DNA of 24,900 nucleotides from positions 1 to 24,900 of the IMG/VR virus record IMGVR_UViG_3300020043_006659; one strand, written 5' to 3'. This DNA comes from a virus (taxonomy: Duplodnaviria > Caudoviricetes). Below, piece by piece: positions 8,912 through 17,495 of this stretch (the first letter of the stretch is position 1; each line of letters begins with the position of its first letter). Under the pieces are notes generated by a model. It had not been told where the DNA came from. It searched no databases and worked only from the letters and a program-made list of their open reading frames with translations. A program made the translations under genes and the position numbers.

Positions 8912-9492
8912 GCAAGATTCAACCAGGCTCAGGCTACGGCTTCACGTCGGGCGGATTCGGGTTCACCCTGAACACGGAAAACCCGTTCCCTGAAGGGCTG
9001 GAAGGCGGGACCTGCAAGCCCCTTCTGGTAAAATATAAAAGTTATGACCCGGAGGGGAACAGCCACTTCTTCACGGTCTGCGTCGGCACCGTCAACAACC
9101 TCGTCCCGCAGGTGGAGGTCGATACGGATACATGGGTCAAACTTGACCGCGTCACGGACGGCCAGCCAGATCCTCCCGTCGGGACGCTTCTCGTGACCGC
9201 AGGCCTCGGGGTCGTCTACCTGCGATGCGGGAACGTCGAAGGGGATCCAGGAGTAACGCCTTTCTTGTATCCCGACGATGACGTGGCTAATGCCGCATAC
9301 CCCCGCATCATCTCCGCCGGCGGGTCGACGGTCCCTTCGGACACGGACACCTATTCCTACCTCCGTCTCGCGAACGTGCTCATCGACGCAAACCAGAACG
9401 TCACGATCACGCCGGTGGTCATGAACTCCCTGTGGACGGCTCGGTTCCAATGTTCCGATTCGCCGGCCGAATACTTCTGGAGCTGCGTCTGA
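8908..9492 (+). CDS. Tail tip structural protein (hypothetical)
   Basis: ATGA overlap with the previous gene; 194 aa beta-rich protein. Confidence 0.45.
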   Translation: MSKIQPGSGYGFTSGGFGFTLNTENPFPEGLEGGTCKPLLVKYKSYDPEGNSHFFTVCVGTVNNLVPQVEVDTDTWVKLDRVTDGQPDPPVGTLLVTAGLGVVYLRCGNVEGDPGVTPFLYPDDDVANAAYPRIISAGGSTVPSDTDTYSYLRLANVLIDANQNVTITPVVMNSLWTARFQCSDSPAEYFWSCV

Positions 9493-9493
9493 C

Positions 9494-10456
9494 ATGGCGA
9501 TGCCGATTCCCAAGGCGTTTACTTTCGTGACGCTTGGCAACGAGGACGGGACGGACGCACGAGACTCTGGTTTTGTCACCAGCGCCCTCATCTTCACCGG
9601 AACTGCCGAGCCAAAGCAGCTCGACTTTACGCCATATTATCAGGACCTTACGACCTACCCGAAGGAGCTCGTCTATCGCCTGATGAAGCCTCCCACTCAG
9701 CAAGGCATTTCTATCGCCTTCTACGGGGACAGCGAGGCGACCTTCACCTGCCCGGGGAACGTGGTCGGCCAATATACACCGGGAGTAGACCCTGAGCCTG
9801 ACCCCAACGGGGATACTTTAGACGACAGCTATGACGTGCCCGACAATGGCCGAGGATTACAAGGACTGGGAGGAGACGTTTATCAGTTTCTTCTATTCCC
9901 GAGATACTACACGGATACCCCGTATGATATTAAGAGCCGGCCAAGCAGCATTTCATTGGCTCCGCATTCTGGTGACGTCTTGCAGATTGGTCAGGCTCAA
10001 GACGTGCCACAAGCCAGCATCGCCTTTTCGATCAACTTCACCGTGCAGAACGGAAACTCGAAAGTCTTGAACACCGACACCGACGAGCTCGAGGATTTCC
10101 CCTTTTCCCAGACCACCACCATCGGGAATTATACGGCTAATTTCCGCATAGATTACTCTGCTGGCGCTCCACAAGGGAACCTATGCTGTCCGATCAAGGA
10201 CGCCGTCATCGCCGGCAAGGCCTCCGTCTGGAGCGTTTCGGTCACGGGCGAGCGCACCCAGCCGGACGACCAGGGATATAACGGGGTCACGTTGACGGTC
10301 GGCGACGATTACGTCGAGGAGCAGGTCCTTGACTGGTCGTTCACCTTCGACCCGGCCAATCCCACGCCGACGACCTACCAGATCCCGAAGTTCGACGACA
10401 GGATTTCCTTCATCAACGACTGGTGGATAGAGTCCATCACGCCGCCTGCGCCCTGA
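9494..10456 (+). CDS. Acidic tail-associated protein (hypothetical)
   Basis: 320 aa, Asp/Thr/Pro-rich, in the tail operon; its middle part is visibly more AT-rich. Confidence 0.5.
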   Translation: MAMPIPKAFTFVTLGNEDGTDARDSGFVTSALIFTGTAEPKQLDFTPYYQDLTTYPKELVYRLMKPPTQQGISIAFYGDSEATFTCPGNVVGQYTPGVDPEPDPNGDTLDDSYDVPDNGRGLQGLGGDVYQFLLFPRYYTDTPYDIKSRPSSISLAPHSGDVLQIGQAQDVPQASIAFSINFTVQNGNSKVLNTDTDELEDFPFSQTTTIGNYTANFRIDYSAGAPQGNLCCPIKDAVIAGKASVWSVSVTGERTQPDDQGYNGVTLTVGDDYVEEQVLDWSFTFDPANPTPTTYQIPKFDDRISFINDWWIESITPPAP

Positions 10457-10482
10457 CGCCCTCATTCAAAGAATTTGACGGG

Positions 10483-10510
10483 ATGCCCGACCCCGCAGTT
10501 TTAGACCTCC
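10483..10510 (+). promoter_or_regulatory. Conserved upstream motif, copy 5 (fibre operon)
   Basis: ATGCC-CGACCCC-GCA-GTTTTAGACCTCC then ATG. Confidence 0.55.
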
Positions 10511-10825
10511 ATGGCCGACACCGTCACATTCACCAGGGGCAACAGTTTTGCCGCGACCTTCAGCTGGACACCCGGCGCCACCGGCCCCGCCAACCTGCTG
10601 ACGACCACCCTCACCTCGACCCTGCGCGACAAATGCGGGAACGAGTATGCGATGACCGTCACCAAGGCGGGCGACGGCCTGTCCTTCACGGTGGCCTATG
10701 CCGGCTCGACGGCTGACTGGCATCTTGGCCTCGGCTCCTGGGACATCAAATTCGTGTTCCCCGGCTCGTCCGTCACTCACTCAGAAGTCTTCCGGGTGCA
10801 CGTCGTCGAATCCATCACCGCCTGA
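10511..10825 (+). CDS. Small beta-sandwich tail fibre adaptor-like protein
   Basis: 104 aa with a TFTRGNSF...WDIKF...SEVFRVHVVESIT pattern typical of small genes before phage fibres; has its own copy of the upstream motif. Confidence 0.55.
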   Translation: MADTVTFTRGNSFAATFSWTPGATGPANLLTTTLTSTLRDKCGNEYAMTVTKAGDGLSFTVAYAGSTADWHLGLGSWDIKFVFPGSSVTHSEVFRVHVVESITA

Positions 10826-10828
10826 TCC

Positions 10829-13105
10829 ATGCCATTCGGAACCATCACCTCGACGGAGAACACGTTCGGCTCCATCACGGGAGCGGTCACGGGCGCCATC
10901 CCCGGCACCCTGTCGGGAAGCATCGGCGTCCCCGGGCCGCAGGGTCCTACGGGTCCGCAGGGTCCGGCAGGCGCGGCAGGCCAAGGCGTGCCCGCAGGCG
11001 GGACGGCTGGGCAGTTCCTCACCAAGATTGACGGGACGAACTACAACACGGATTGGACGACCATCAACCTGTCGGCCTACGCGGTCAAGGCGAACAACCT
11101 CTCCGACCTGACGAACGCGAGCACGGCCAGGAACAACCTTTCGCTCGGCCCGACGAATACGGTGGCCTTCCGCACGGTCAACCTTTCCGAAGGCGCCGTC
11201 GCCGCTGGCGACACCCTTTCGACGCTGTCCATCGCCACCTCCGCAGGAGGATACGCCCTGTCGGCCAACACGGAATCTTTCATTGATCAGGCCGGCGACA
11301 CGATCGTCAGCGAGTCCGGGACGCTCGACCTGAACAAGGGTGGTTTCCATCTCTTTCGCTATCCGAGCTACAACACGAACAACCCGGCGGATCCTACCAG
11401 CGGCGGCGAGATTAATTATGTCGCCAGCACGGGCGTTCTGACCATCCGGGCTTTCGACGACGGCGCCGCCACCGACGACACCATCACCGTCGAGCCGACG
11501 GGCGTGACGTTCGCTGACTCGACCAAGCAGGTCACGGCGTTCCTCCCGGCGGACTACTACACGGCGAGTTACATCGACACCACGTTCGCCCCGCTGGCAT
11601 CGCCTGCGCTGACGGGCAACCCCACCGCCCCGACCGCCACCTTCGGCGATAACGACACCTCCATCGCCACGACGGCCTTCGTCCAGGCTGGCCTCCTCGG
11701 TGGCACGGCGAACGCCCGCAACCTCGAAGTCCAAGTCCGCAACCAGTCCGGCTCGACGATTGCCGCCGGCTCCATCGTCTACATCTCCGGGGCTACGGGT
11801 AACCTCCCCCTCATCACGCTGGCCCAGGCTAACAACGACGCCAACTCGGCCCAGACCATCGGCTTCGTCAAGACCTCCATCGCCAACAACGGCACGGGCT
11901 ACGTCATCGTGCGGGGCGTCCTTGAGGCCATCGACACTTCCGCGCTGACCGAAGGGGTGCAGTTGTATCTGTCCCCGACCACGGCGGGAACCTGGACGAC
12001 GACCAAGCCCTCCGCCCCTGAGCATCTGGTCTACGTCGGCGTCGTGATCCGTTCGCATCCGACCCTTGGGACTATCCTCGTGGCTGTCCAGAACGGCTAC
12101 GAGCTGCACGAACTGCACGACGTGGCCCTGTCCTCGGAGGCGAACAACGACCTGCTGGTCTACGAACTCTCGACCGACCTCTGGAAGAACAAGTCCTTTG
12201 CGACGCTGGGGCTGGCTGGCTTGAACAGCCCGACCTTCACGGGCACGCCTTCCCTGCCGACCGGCACGACGGGCGTCACGCAGACGGCGGGCAACAACAC
12301 GACGGCCTTGGCGACGACGGCGTTCGTGCAGCAGGAAGTCCCGGCGGCCTCGACGACGGCGGCGGGCAAGGTGGAATTGGCGACGGACGCCGAAGTGATC
12401 GCGGGAACCTCGACGACCCTTGCGCTGGTGGCGAACAACTACCGCCTCGCCGGACTGACGACGAACATCTGGGCTCCTGGCTACGTCAACCTGGCCGCAG
12501 GAACATCTGGGACAGGCTCGGCCACGGGTGCGTCTTCTTTCACGTTAAGCGGAACATTGACCGCACCGAACGCATCGACGGCTGGATATGCGACAAGAGG
12601 CTTCCTGCTTCATTACCCATCGAACGGCGGGACCACCTCTTACAATTTCAGCACGGCAAGCGGTCACGCCATGAGGTTTTACTCCTCAAGCCTCGGCAGC
12701 ACGATCGCAGGCGTCAAAGCCCGCGCCGTCTTCGGAAGGACCAATGTGCTGATTTCAGCCGCCTCGACGCTGGCTGTCCGTGGTTATGGATGGGAATGGG
12801 ATTTTTCGACCCGGACCATGAACATCATCGCTCACAACGGGACGACCTTGACGACCACCGCCGTCACTTGGAACCCGTCCGGGTCACGCACCTACGAAGT
12901 CGTCGCCACCTCGGACGGAGCCGGGACGATTTCCCTGTATGTGGACGGAACGCTGCTCGGCACATCAACCGGAGGCCCGACCGGCCTCATCAACGTCGGT
13001 TCTAATTTCTTGTGGTGGCAGGCAGAAGTGCAAAACGAGGCTACGGCAGGCTCGCAAGTAAGCGTCCAACTTACCAATCCCAAAGTTTACACGACCAATG
13101 GTTAA
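10829..13105 (+). CDS. Tail fibre / receptor-binding protein
   Basis: Collagen-like GPQGPTGPQGPAGAAGQG; KANNLSDLTNASTARNNL; two P-x-x-TG-x-P...ATTAFVQ repeats; ASTTAAGKVELATDAEV fibre repeat; beta-rich C-terminal tip. Confidence 0.88.
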   Translation: MPFGTITSTENTFGSITGAVTGAIPGTLSGSIGVPGPQGPTGPQGPAGAAGQGVPAGGTAGQFLTKIDGTNYNTDWTTINLSAYAVKANNLSDLTNASTARNNLSLGPTNTVAFRTVNLSEGAVAAGDTLSTLSIATSAGGYALSANTESFIDQAGDTIVSESGTLDLNKGGFHLFRYPSYNTNNPADPTSGGEINYVASTGVLTIRAFDDGAATDDTITVEPTGVTFADSTKQVTAFLPADYYTASYIDTTFAPLASPALTGNPTAPTATFGDNDTSIATTAFVQAGLLGGTANARNLEVQVRNQSGSTIAAGSIVYISGATGNLPLITLAQANNDANSAQTIGFVKTSIANNGTGYVIVRGVLEAIDTSALTEGVQLYLSPTTAGTWTTTKPSAPEHLVYVGVVIRSHPTLGTILVAVQNGYELHELHDVALSSEANNDLLVYELSTDLWKNKSFATLGLAGLNSPTFTGTPSLPTGTTGVTQTAGNNTTALATTAFVQQEVPAASTTAAGKVELATDAEVIAGTSTTLALVANNYRLAGLTTNIWAPGYVNLAAGTSGTGSATGASSFTLSGTLTAPNASTAGYATRGFLLHYPSNGGTTSYNFSTASGHAMRFYSSSLGSTIAGVKARAVFGRTNVLISAASTLAVRGYGWEWDFSTRTMNIIAHNGTTLTTTAVTWNPSGSRTYEVVATSDGAGTISLYVDGTLLGTSTGGPTGLINVGSNFLWWQAEVQNEATAGSQVSVQLTNPKVYTTNG

Positions 13106-13286
13106 ATACCGCATCTCATCCTCCCTGCTCATAGGGGACTACGCTCAGCTCCTTGCGTCCGTATTCCCGGCATGGAACGGCGAACCCGTCACCGCCACGC
13201 CGTCCGAAATATTGGTCACCTTCTCCGAACCGCAGACGCCCGTCGACCTCGGCCCGCTCGTCAAAGTAGAAGTCATCTCCGAATAA
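13098..13286 (+). CDS. Small fibre-associated protein (possible chaperone)
   Basis: 62 aa overlapping the fibre stop. Its homologue at 24245-24448 shares FPA.GEPV and PQTPVDLGPLV. Confidence 0.65.
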   Translation: MVKYRISSSLLIGDYAQLLASVFPAWNGEPVTATPSEILVTFSEPQTPVDLGPLVKVEVISE

Positions 13287-13445
13287 CATGATCACCCACC
13301 TCCTCGCCCTGATCGTCGGCTTCGTCGCCGGTGCCCTCGTCTTCCGCAAGCACGCCGCCAAGGCCGCTTCCCTCGAGAGCAAGTCGAAGGAACTCCTCTC
13401 CGCCCTCAAGGGCAAGTAAGCCGTGCGCCTTCTCCTGGTCATCGC
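13230..13445 (+). repeat. Direct repeat copy 1 (copy 2 at 24392-24607)
   Basis: Gap-free alignment at a constant offset of 11162 bp; its first ~135 bp are close to 90% identical by eye. Confidence 0.9.
13288..13419 (+). CDS. 43-aa single-TM membrane protein (not in ORF track)
   Basis: MITHLLALIVGFVAGALVFRKHAAKAASLESKSKELLSALKGK; fills the gap exactly and is conserved at 24450-24581. Confidence 0.8.
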   Translation: MITHLLALIVGFVAGALVFRKHAAKAASLESKSKELLSALKGK

Positions 13446-14175
13446 TATCCTGATGGCCGGGTGCTCCACGCCCAAGGCTCCCGCTCCGCTTCCGCCGGTT
13501 CCTCCGCCTGCGCCTGTCCAGCAGACCACGCTCCTCAAGGTCTGGCAGGATGAGGTGGCCGAGAACCTTTCCATTTACACGGCCATCCGCCCCTCGTTGT
13601 CCGGACCCGCCCCGGCTCTCAACCTCTACGACTCCGCGACGCAGGGGCTGGCCTCCCTCTCAGGCGAACCCACCGTGAAGTCCGTCGAGCACTTCCGAGG
13701 TCTCGTCGCCAAGCCCGACGACAAGATGCTCGCGTCCATCCGGGCCGAGAAGGTCGCCCTGGACAAGAAGACCACCGAGCTGGAAGCCAAGGTCGAGGCC
13801 GAGAAGCTCGCCCGCATCAAGGCTCAGGCCGAAGCCGAGCAGGCCCGCAAGGACAAGACCGAGGCCGACAGGCAGGCCAGCCTCACCGCGTCCGCCAAGA
13901 CGCTCACGGAATACGGCTCCTACGCCATCGCCCTCGGCGTGCTCGCCCTGCTGTTCGGTCACCTGCTGGGCATCCAGAAGTGGGTGGCCGGGCTGACGAT
14001 CGGCGCAGGCGTGCTGGTCGCGGCTACCGCCCGACCCCTCATCGACTTCTTCGGTTCCGACAAGTCCGAGTTGGTGCTCCTCGGCACGCTCGCTTTCCTC
14101 GCCCTCAACCTCGCCGTCGTCATGGCGGTCAAGTCATGGCGGCTCGTCCGCAAGCCGAAGGCTCCCCAGGAATGA
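13423..14175 (+). CDS. Lipoprotein with C-terminal transmembrane helices; spanin candidate
   Basis: Signal peptide with lipobox (ILMAG-C), Pro-rich linker, coiled coil and about three hydrophobic segments; next to the holin. Confidence 0.6.
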   Translation: MRLLLVIAILMAGCSTPKAPAPLPPVPPPAPVQQTTLLKVWQDEVAENLSIYTAIRPSLSGPAPALNLYDSATQGLASLSGEPTVKSVEHFRGLVAKPDDKMLASIRAEKVALDKKTTELEAKVEAEKLARIKAQAEAEQARKDKTEADRQASLTASAKTLTEYGSYAIALGVLALLFGHLLGIQKWVAGLTIGAGVLVAATARPLIDFFGSDKSELVLLGTLAFLALNLAVVMAVKSWRLVRKPKAPQE

Positions 14176-14537
14176 GCTCAAGCCCTATCGACCCGGAGTC
14201 CATCCCGAAGGAAGTCCGCGACGGGTTGGTGGCCTCGGTCATCGGCGGGCTGTCTATGTGCGCAAGGCTTCTCCTCTCGCAGGACAAGCAGACCTGGGGC
14301 TGGGCGGCTCGCCGGGTCATGGCCGCCGCGATCACCGCCGTGGTCGTAGGCTACGCCATGCAGGACTACATCTCATCCCCTGGTCTGCGCATGGGCGCCA
14401 TCGGGGCGGTCTCTTACGCCAGCCCGGAGGCCCTCGACGCGCTGCTCCGCTGGATTAAGGTTCGGGCAGAGCGGGAGGTCGGGAAGGTTTCCAAGCCAGC
14501 CAAGCCCAATGGGAAAGCCAAGCGCAAGCGGAAGTGA
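14172..14537 (+). CDS. Putative holin
   Basis: ATG 14172 overlaps the previous stop (ATGA). 121 aa with about three hydrophobic segments and a strongly basic C-terminus (KPAKPNGKAKRKRK). Confidence 0.7.
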   Translation: MSSSPIDPESIPKEVRDGLVASVIGGLSMCARLLLSQDKQTWGWAARRVMAAAITAVVVGYAMQDYISSPGLRMGAIGAVSYASPEALDALLRWIKVRAEREVGKVSKPAKPNGKAKRKRK

Positions 14538-14835
14538 GTCCAATCTGCTGATCGCCGTCTGCCTGCTGACAGGGTTCGCGGGGCTGACCGCCGTCACCTG
14601 CGCCTGGACGGCAGGCTATGTCCTCGACCAGCTGCAGAACACGGACGCTATGGTGATGCTCGTGACCGATGGGGGCATCCGTTCGGACTCCCATCGGCTG
14701 GAGCAGAACCTCTCCTCGGCCACCCTAGCCCTGCGGTCCGTCCGTGACCTCGGGCTGGCCCTGTCGATTGGATGCCTTGCCGTGGCCGTGGCGGTGGGTT
14801 TCAGGCTCTGGCGGGGTAAGGACACCCCCGGCTGA
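14509..14835 (+). CDS. Two-TM membrane protein of the lysis cassette
   Basis: Two hydrophobic segments flank a short soluble region; conserved homologue at 23490-23822 (-). Confidence 0.7.
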   Translation: MGKPSASGSESNLLIAVCLLTGFAGLTAVTCAWTAGYVLDQLQNTDAMVMLVTDGGIRSDSHRLEQNLSSATLALRSVRDLGLALSIGCLAVAVAVGFRLWRGKDTPG

Positions 14836-14880
14836 GAAGCCCCCTTCCTAGGGCAATCCTAGGGGGTATCCGATTTACCG

Positions 14881-14908
14881 TTGACGGAGGCGACCCGGCG
14901 GGCAATCT
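14881..14908 (+). promoter_or_regulatory. Putative sigma70-type promoter for the ligase/RecET operon
   Basis: TTGACG-N16-CAATCT. An equivalent TTGACA-N16-CATCCT sits in the homologous context at 23435-23462 (-). Confidence 0.5.
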
Positions 14909-14927
14909 GTGCCTATCCCGCACAACC

Positions 14928-15806
14928 ATGAATGACCCCCTGTCTGACCTCTACGCCCAGATTTTCAAGATGGTCGAATCCGAACCCCGCTTCAAGGTGG
15001 GCTCGCATCGCACCAGCAAGCCCGCCCTGTCGCAGGCCATGCTCGCCAAGACCTACAAGGGCATCCTGCCTGAGTCCTTCGCCTGCGAGCCGAAGATCGA
15101 CGGCGTCCGCGTGATCGTCGAGGTCTGCCGCGAGTCGCTGGCAGTCGTGTTCAAGACCCGCAACGGCAACCCGCTTCCGGCCATCCAGCACTTCGAGGGC
15201 GTGTTCTCCGCTCTGGCCACCCTGCACGGCGTGTTCACCTTCGACTGCGAGGCCGTGTCCGGCTCCGACTTCTACGACGGCGTGGGCGCCCTCCGCTCCC
15301 AGCACCGCGACGACGACGCCCGCCTCTGGCTGCTCGACCTGCCCGACGATGTCGGCACCTACGCCGCCCGCCGCGAACTGATGAGCAAGTTCGTCCTGCC
15401 CGCCACCGTCCAGCTCGTCCCGTCGTTCTTCAACCTCTCGCCTAACGACGCCTTTCGCCGCTTCGTCTCGCAGGGTTTCGAGGGCGCGATGGTCAAGGAC
15501 ACCACCGCCCCTTATTCGCAGGGCAAGCGTTCCAACGCGTGGCTCAAGGTCAAGGCCGTGGATTCCGAGGACTGCGCCATCGTCTCCGTCCACGAGGGCA
15601 AGGGCCGTCTCGCCGGCATGATGGGCCATGTGGTCGTCGAGCACGGCAACCGTCTGGTCCGCGTCGGCGGAGGCTTCACCGACGAACAGCGCCGTCAGAT
15701 CTGGGAGCAGCGCGATACCGTCATCGGCTCCTGGCTGGAAGTGTCCTTCCAGAACATGACGCCCGAAGGCTCCTTCCGCCATCCCCGCATCCGGGGCGAC
15801 AAGTAA
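14928..15806 (+). CDS. lig: ATP-dependent DNA ligase (minimal NTase + OB domains)
   Basis: Motif I EPKIDGVR, III FDCEA, IV FEGAMVK, V WLKVK, OB-domain VGGGFTD and motif VI SFRHPR. Confidence 0.93.
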   Translation: MNDPLSDLYAQIFKMVESEPRFKVGSHRTSKPALSQAMLAKTYKGILPESFACEPKIDGVRVIVEVCRESLAVVFKTRNGNPLPAIQHFEGVFSALATLHGVFTFDCEAVSGSDFYDGVGALRSQHRDDDARLWLLDLPDDVGTYAARRELMSKFVLPATVQLVPSFFNLSPNDAFRRFVSQGFEGAMVKDTTAPYSQGKRSNAWLKVKAVDSEDCAIVSVHEGKGRLAGMMGHVVVEHGNRLVRVGGGFTDEQRRQIWEQRDTVIGSWLEVSFQNMTPEGSFRHPRIRGDK

Positions 15807-15824
15807 GATTTCCCCCACCCGCAC

Positions 15825-16613
15825 ATGAACAACGCCGAATACCACGCCAGCCCGGCGGTCTCGAACTCGAAGCTCTCCCGCTTCCTCGAGTCCCCGCGTC
15901 TGATGAACACGCCCCGCAAGAAGACCCCTTCCCTCCGCTGGGGTTCTCTCGTCCATACCATCATCCTCGAGCCTAAGCTCATCGGAGACACCTGGGCCAT
16001 CATGCCCGAGGGCCTCGACAAAGGCAAGGGAGCCAAGGCCCGCGAGGAGGAGTTCCTCCTGGCCAACGAAGGCAGGGAGATCGTCAGCCACGACGAGTTC
16101 CGCTCCCTCTCCGCCATCGCCCAAGCCGTGCAGGAAGATGAGGAAGCAGCCGCCCTGCTCTCCGGCGAAGGCGTCAACGAGTCCTCCTACTTCTGGACGG
16201 ATGCAATCACCGGCATCGAGATGCGTTGCCGACCTGACCGCTACCGCGACGACGGCCTGCTCGTGGATGTGAAGACCACGACCAGCGTGGAGCATTATGC
16301 CTTCCGCCGTAGCGTCTGGGACTTCGGATACGACAGGCAGTCCGCCATCTATACCGACGGCATCGAGGCCGTGACCATGCGCAAGCCTAGGGGCTTCGCC
16401 TTCATCGCCATCGAGGGCAAGGAGTGGCCTGACATCTTCGTCCAGGTGTTCGTGATGACCGAGGCCGACATCGAGACCGGGCGCCGTCGATACCGCAAGG
16501 CGCTCGACCTGATGAAGTCATACCGCGATCAGTTCGGAACCGACCCGCAGGCTTGGCCTAAGAAGACCAACCCGGGCGTCATCGAAATCGACCTCTCCAA
16601 GTTCAACTCCTAA
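15825..16613 (+). CDS. RecE/Exo VIII-like PD-(D/E)XK exonuclease (DUF3799-like)
   Basis: YHASPAVSNSKL, GSLVHTIILEP, RCRPD, DVKTT and YDRQSAIY; adjacent to recT. Confidence 0.88.
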   Translation: MNNAEYHASPAVSNSKLSRFLESPRLMNTPRKKTPSLRWGSLVHTIILEPKLIGDTWAIMPEGLDKGKGAKAREEEFLLANEGREIVSHDEFRSLSAIAQAVQEDEEAAALLSGEGVNESSYFWTDAITGIEMRCRPDRYRDDGLLVDVKTTTSVEHYAFRRSVWDFGYDRQSAIYTDGIEAVTMRKPRGFAFIAIEGKEWPDIFVQVFVMTEADIETGRRRYRKALDLMKSYRDQFGTDPQAWPKKTNPGVIEIDLSKFNS

Positions 16614-16619
16614 TCTCCC

Positions 16620-17402
16620 ATGAGCAACGCCATCATCCCGAAGAACGCCTCCGAGCTCGTCCGCTCCGAGGGCCTCCAGCAACAGGTCAGCAAAGCCCTC
16701 CCCAAGGGCGAGGACGCCACGCGCTTCATGCGCTGCGTGGTCACCGCCTGCAACAAGAACCCGAAACTGTGGGACTGCACCCCGGCCTCCGTCGCCTCGG
16801 TTATCCTGCAGGCCGCCCAATGGGGTCTGATGCCTGACGGCCACCACGCCCACCTCATCCCATACGGCAACGACGCCACCCTGCAGTTCGACTACAAGGG
16901 CATCCTTGCGCTGATCATGCGCTCGGGCGAAGTCGCCCATGTCTACGCCGACGTGGTCTGCAAGAACGACAAATACCGCTTTAACCTCGGCAAGGTCGAG
17001 GAGCACGTCGTGGACCTAGCCTCCGATCGGGGCGAACCCTACGCCGCCTACTCCATCGTCCGCTTCAAGGACGGCGAGACTTCCGCCTGCCAGATGAGCA
17101 AGGCCGAGATCGAGGCCATCCGCAAGGCCAGCCGCTCCGGCTCGTCCGGGCCTTGGGCGACCTACCCGCTGGAGATGTGGAAGAAGACCGTGTTCAAGCG
17201 CCACGCCAAGTGGCTCCCCCGCCTGCCGCGTGAGGTCCAGCAGGCCATCCAGGACGACAACCAGGCGGAGTTCGGTCAGAGGACGGTGGACGGCCAGCCC
17301 GTGCAGTCCGCAGCCGAAGCCGTGAAGGAGGTCGTGAAGAAGGCCAAGGCCCCGGAGGCCGCGCCTGCCGAACCCAAGGCCGACGAACCCATCGACATTT
17401 AG
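16620..17402 (+). CDS. recT: RecT family single-strand annealing protein
   Basis: CTPASV...AAQWGL, LIPY, DYKGILAL and GPW...EMWKKTVFKRHAKWLP. Confidence 0.93.
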   Translation: MSNAIIPKNASELVRSEGLQQQVSKALPKGEDATRFMRCVVTACNKNPKLWDCTPASVASVILQAAQWGLMPDGHHAHLIPYGNDATLQFDYKGILALIMRSGEVAHVYADVVCKNDKYRFNLGKVEEHVVDLASDRGEPYAAYSIVRFKDGETSACQMSKAEIEAIRKASRSGSSGPWATYPLEMWKKTVFKRHAKWLPRLPREVQQAIQDDNQAEFGQRTVDGQPVQSAAEAVKEVVKKAKAPEAAPAEPKADEPIDI

Positions 17403-17425
17403 GCCCAGCTTGGATCGTTGTGCCG

Positions 17426-17460
17426 GGCCGGCTCCCGCAAGGGGGTCGGCCTTATTATTT
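17426..17460 (+). terminator. Rho-independent terminator after recT
   Basis: GGCCGGCTCCC-GCAA-GGGGGTCGGCC (11 bp, two G-U pairs) followed by TTATTATTT. Confidence 0.8.
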
Positions 17461-17495
17461 GCACAACCCCCACGGCATGGGCAGAACCTACCAGC

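Larger units (their letters stand above)
14460..14920 (+). repeat. Diverged inverted repeat; partner at about 23422-23874 (-)
   Basis: Holin C-terminus, 2-TM gene and downstream promoter region are all homologous, with many synonymous differences. Confidence 0.8.

Noticed and set aside
10925-12420. Collagen-like and ATTAFVQ repeats as a novel repeat system
   Set aside because: These are ordinary tail-fibre shaft repeats.
13980-14171. N-terminal extensions in the ORF track (holin from 13980; also 18690, 18322, 22965, 23320, 17418, 5874)
   Set aside because: They overlap neighbouring genes or regulatory elements; downstream ATGs with stop/start coupling or the conserved motif fit better.
14913-16295. 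Long antisense ORFs (460 aa here; also 10781-12118, 3224-4042, 2510-3217 and others)
   Set aside because: They shadow well-supported genes; strong C-ending codon bias removes stop codons on the opposite strand, and the translations show no motifs.
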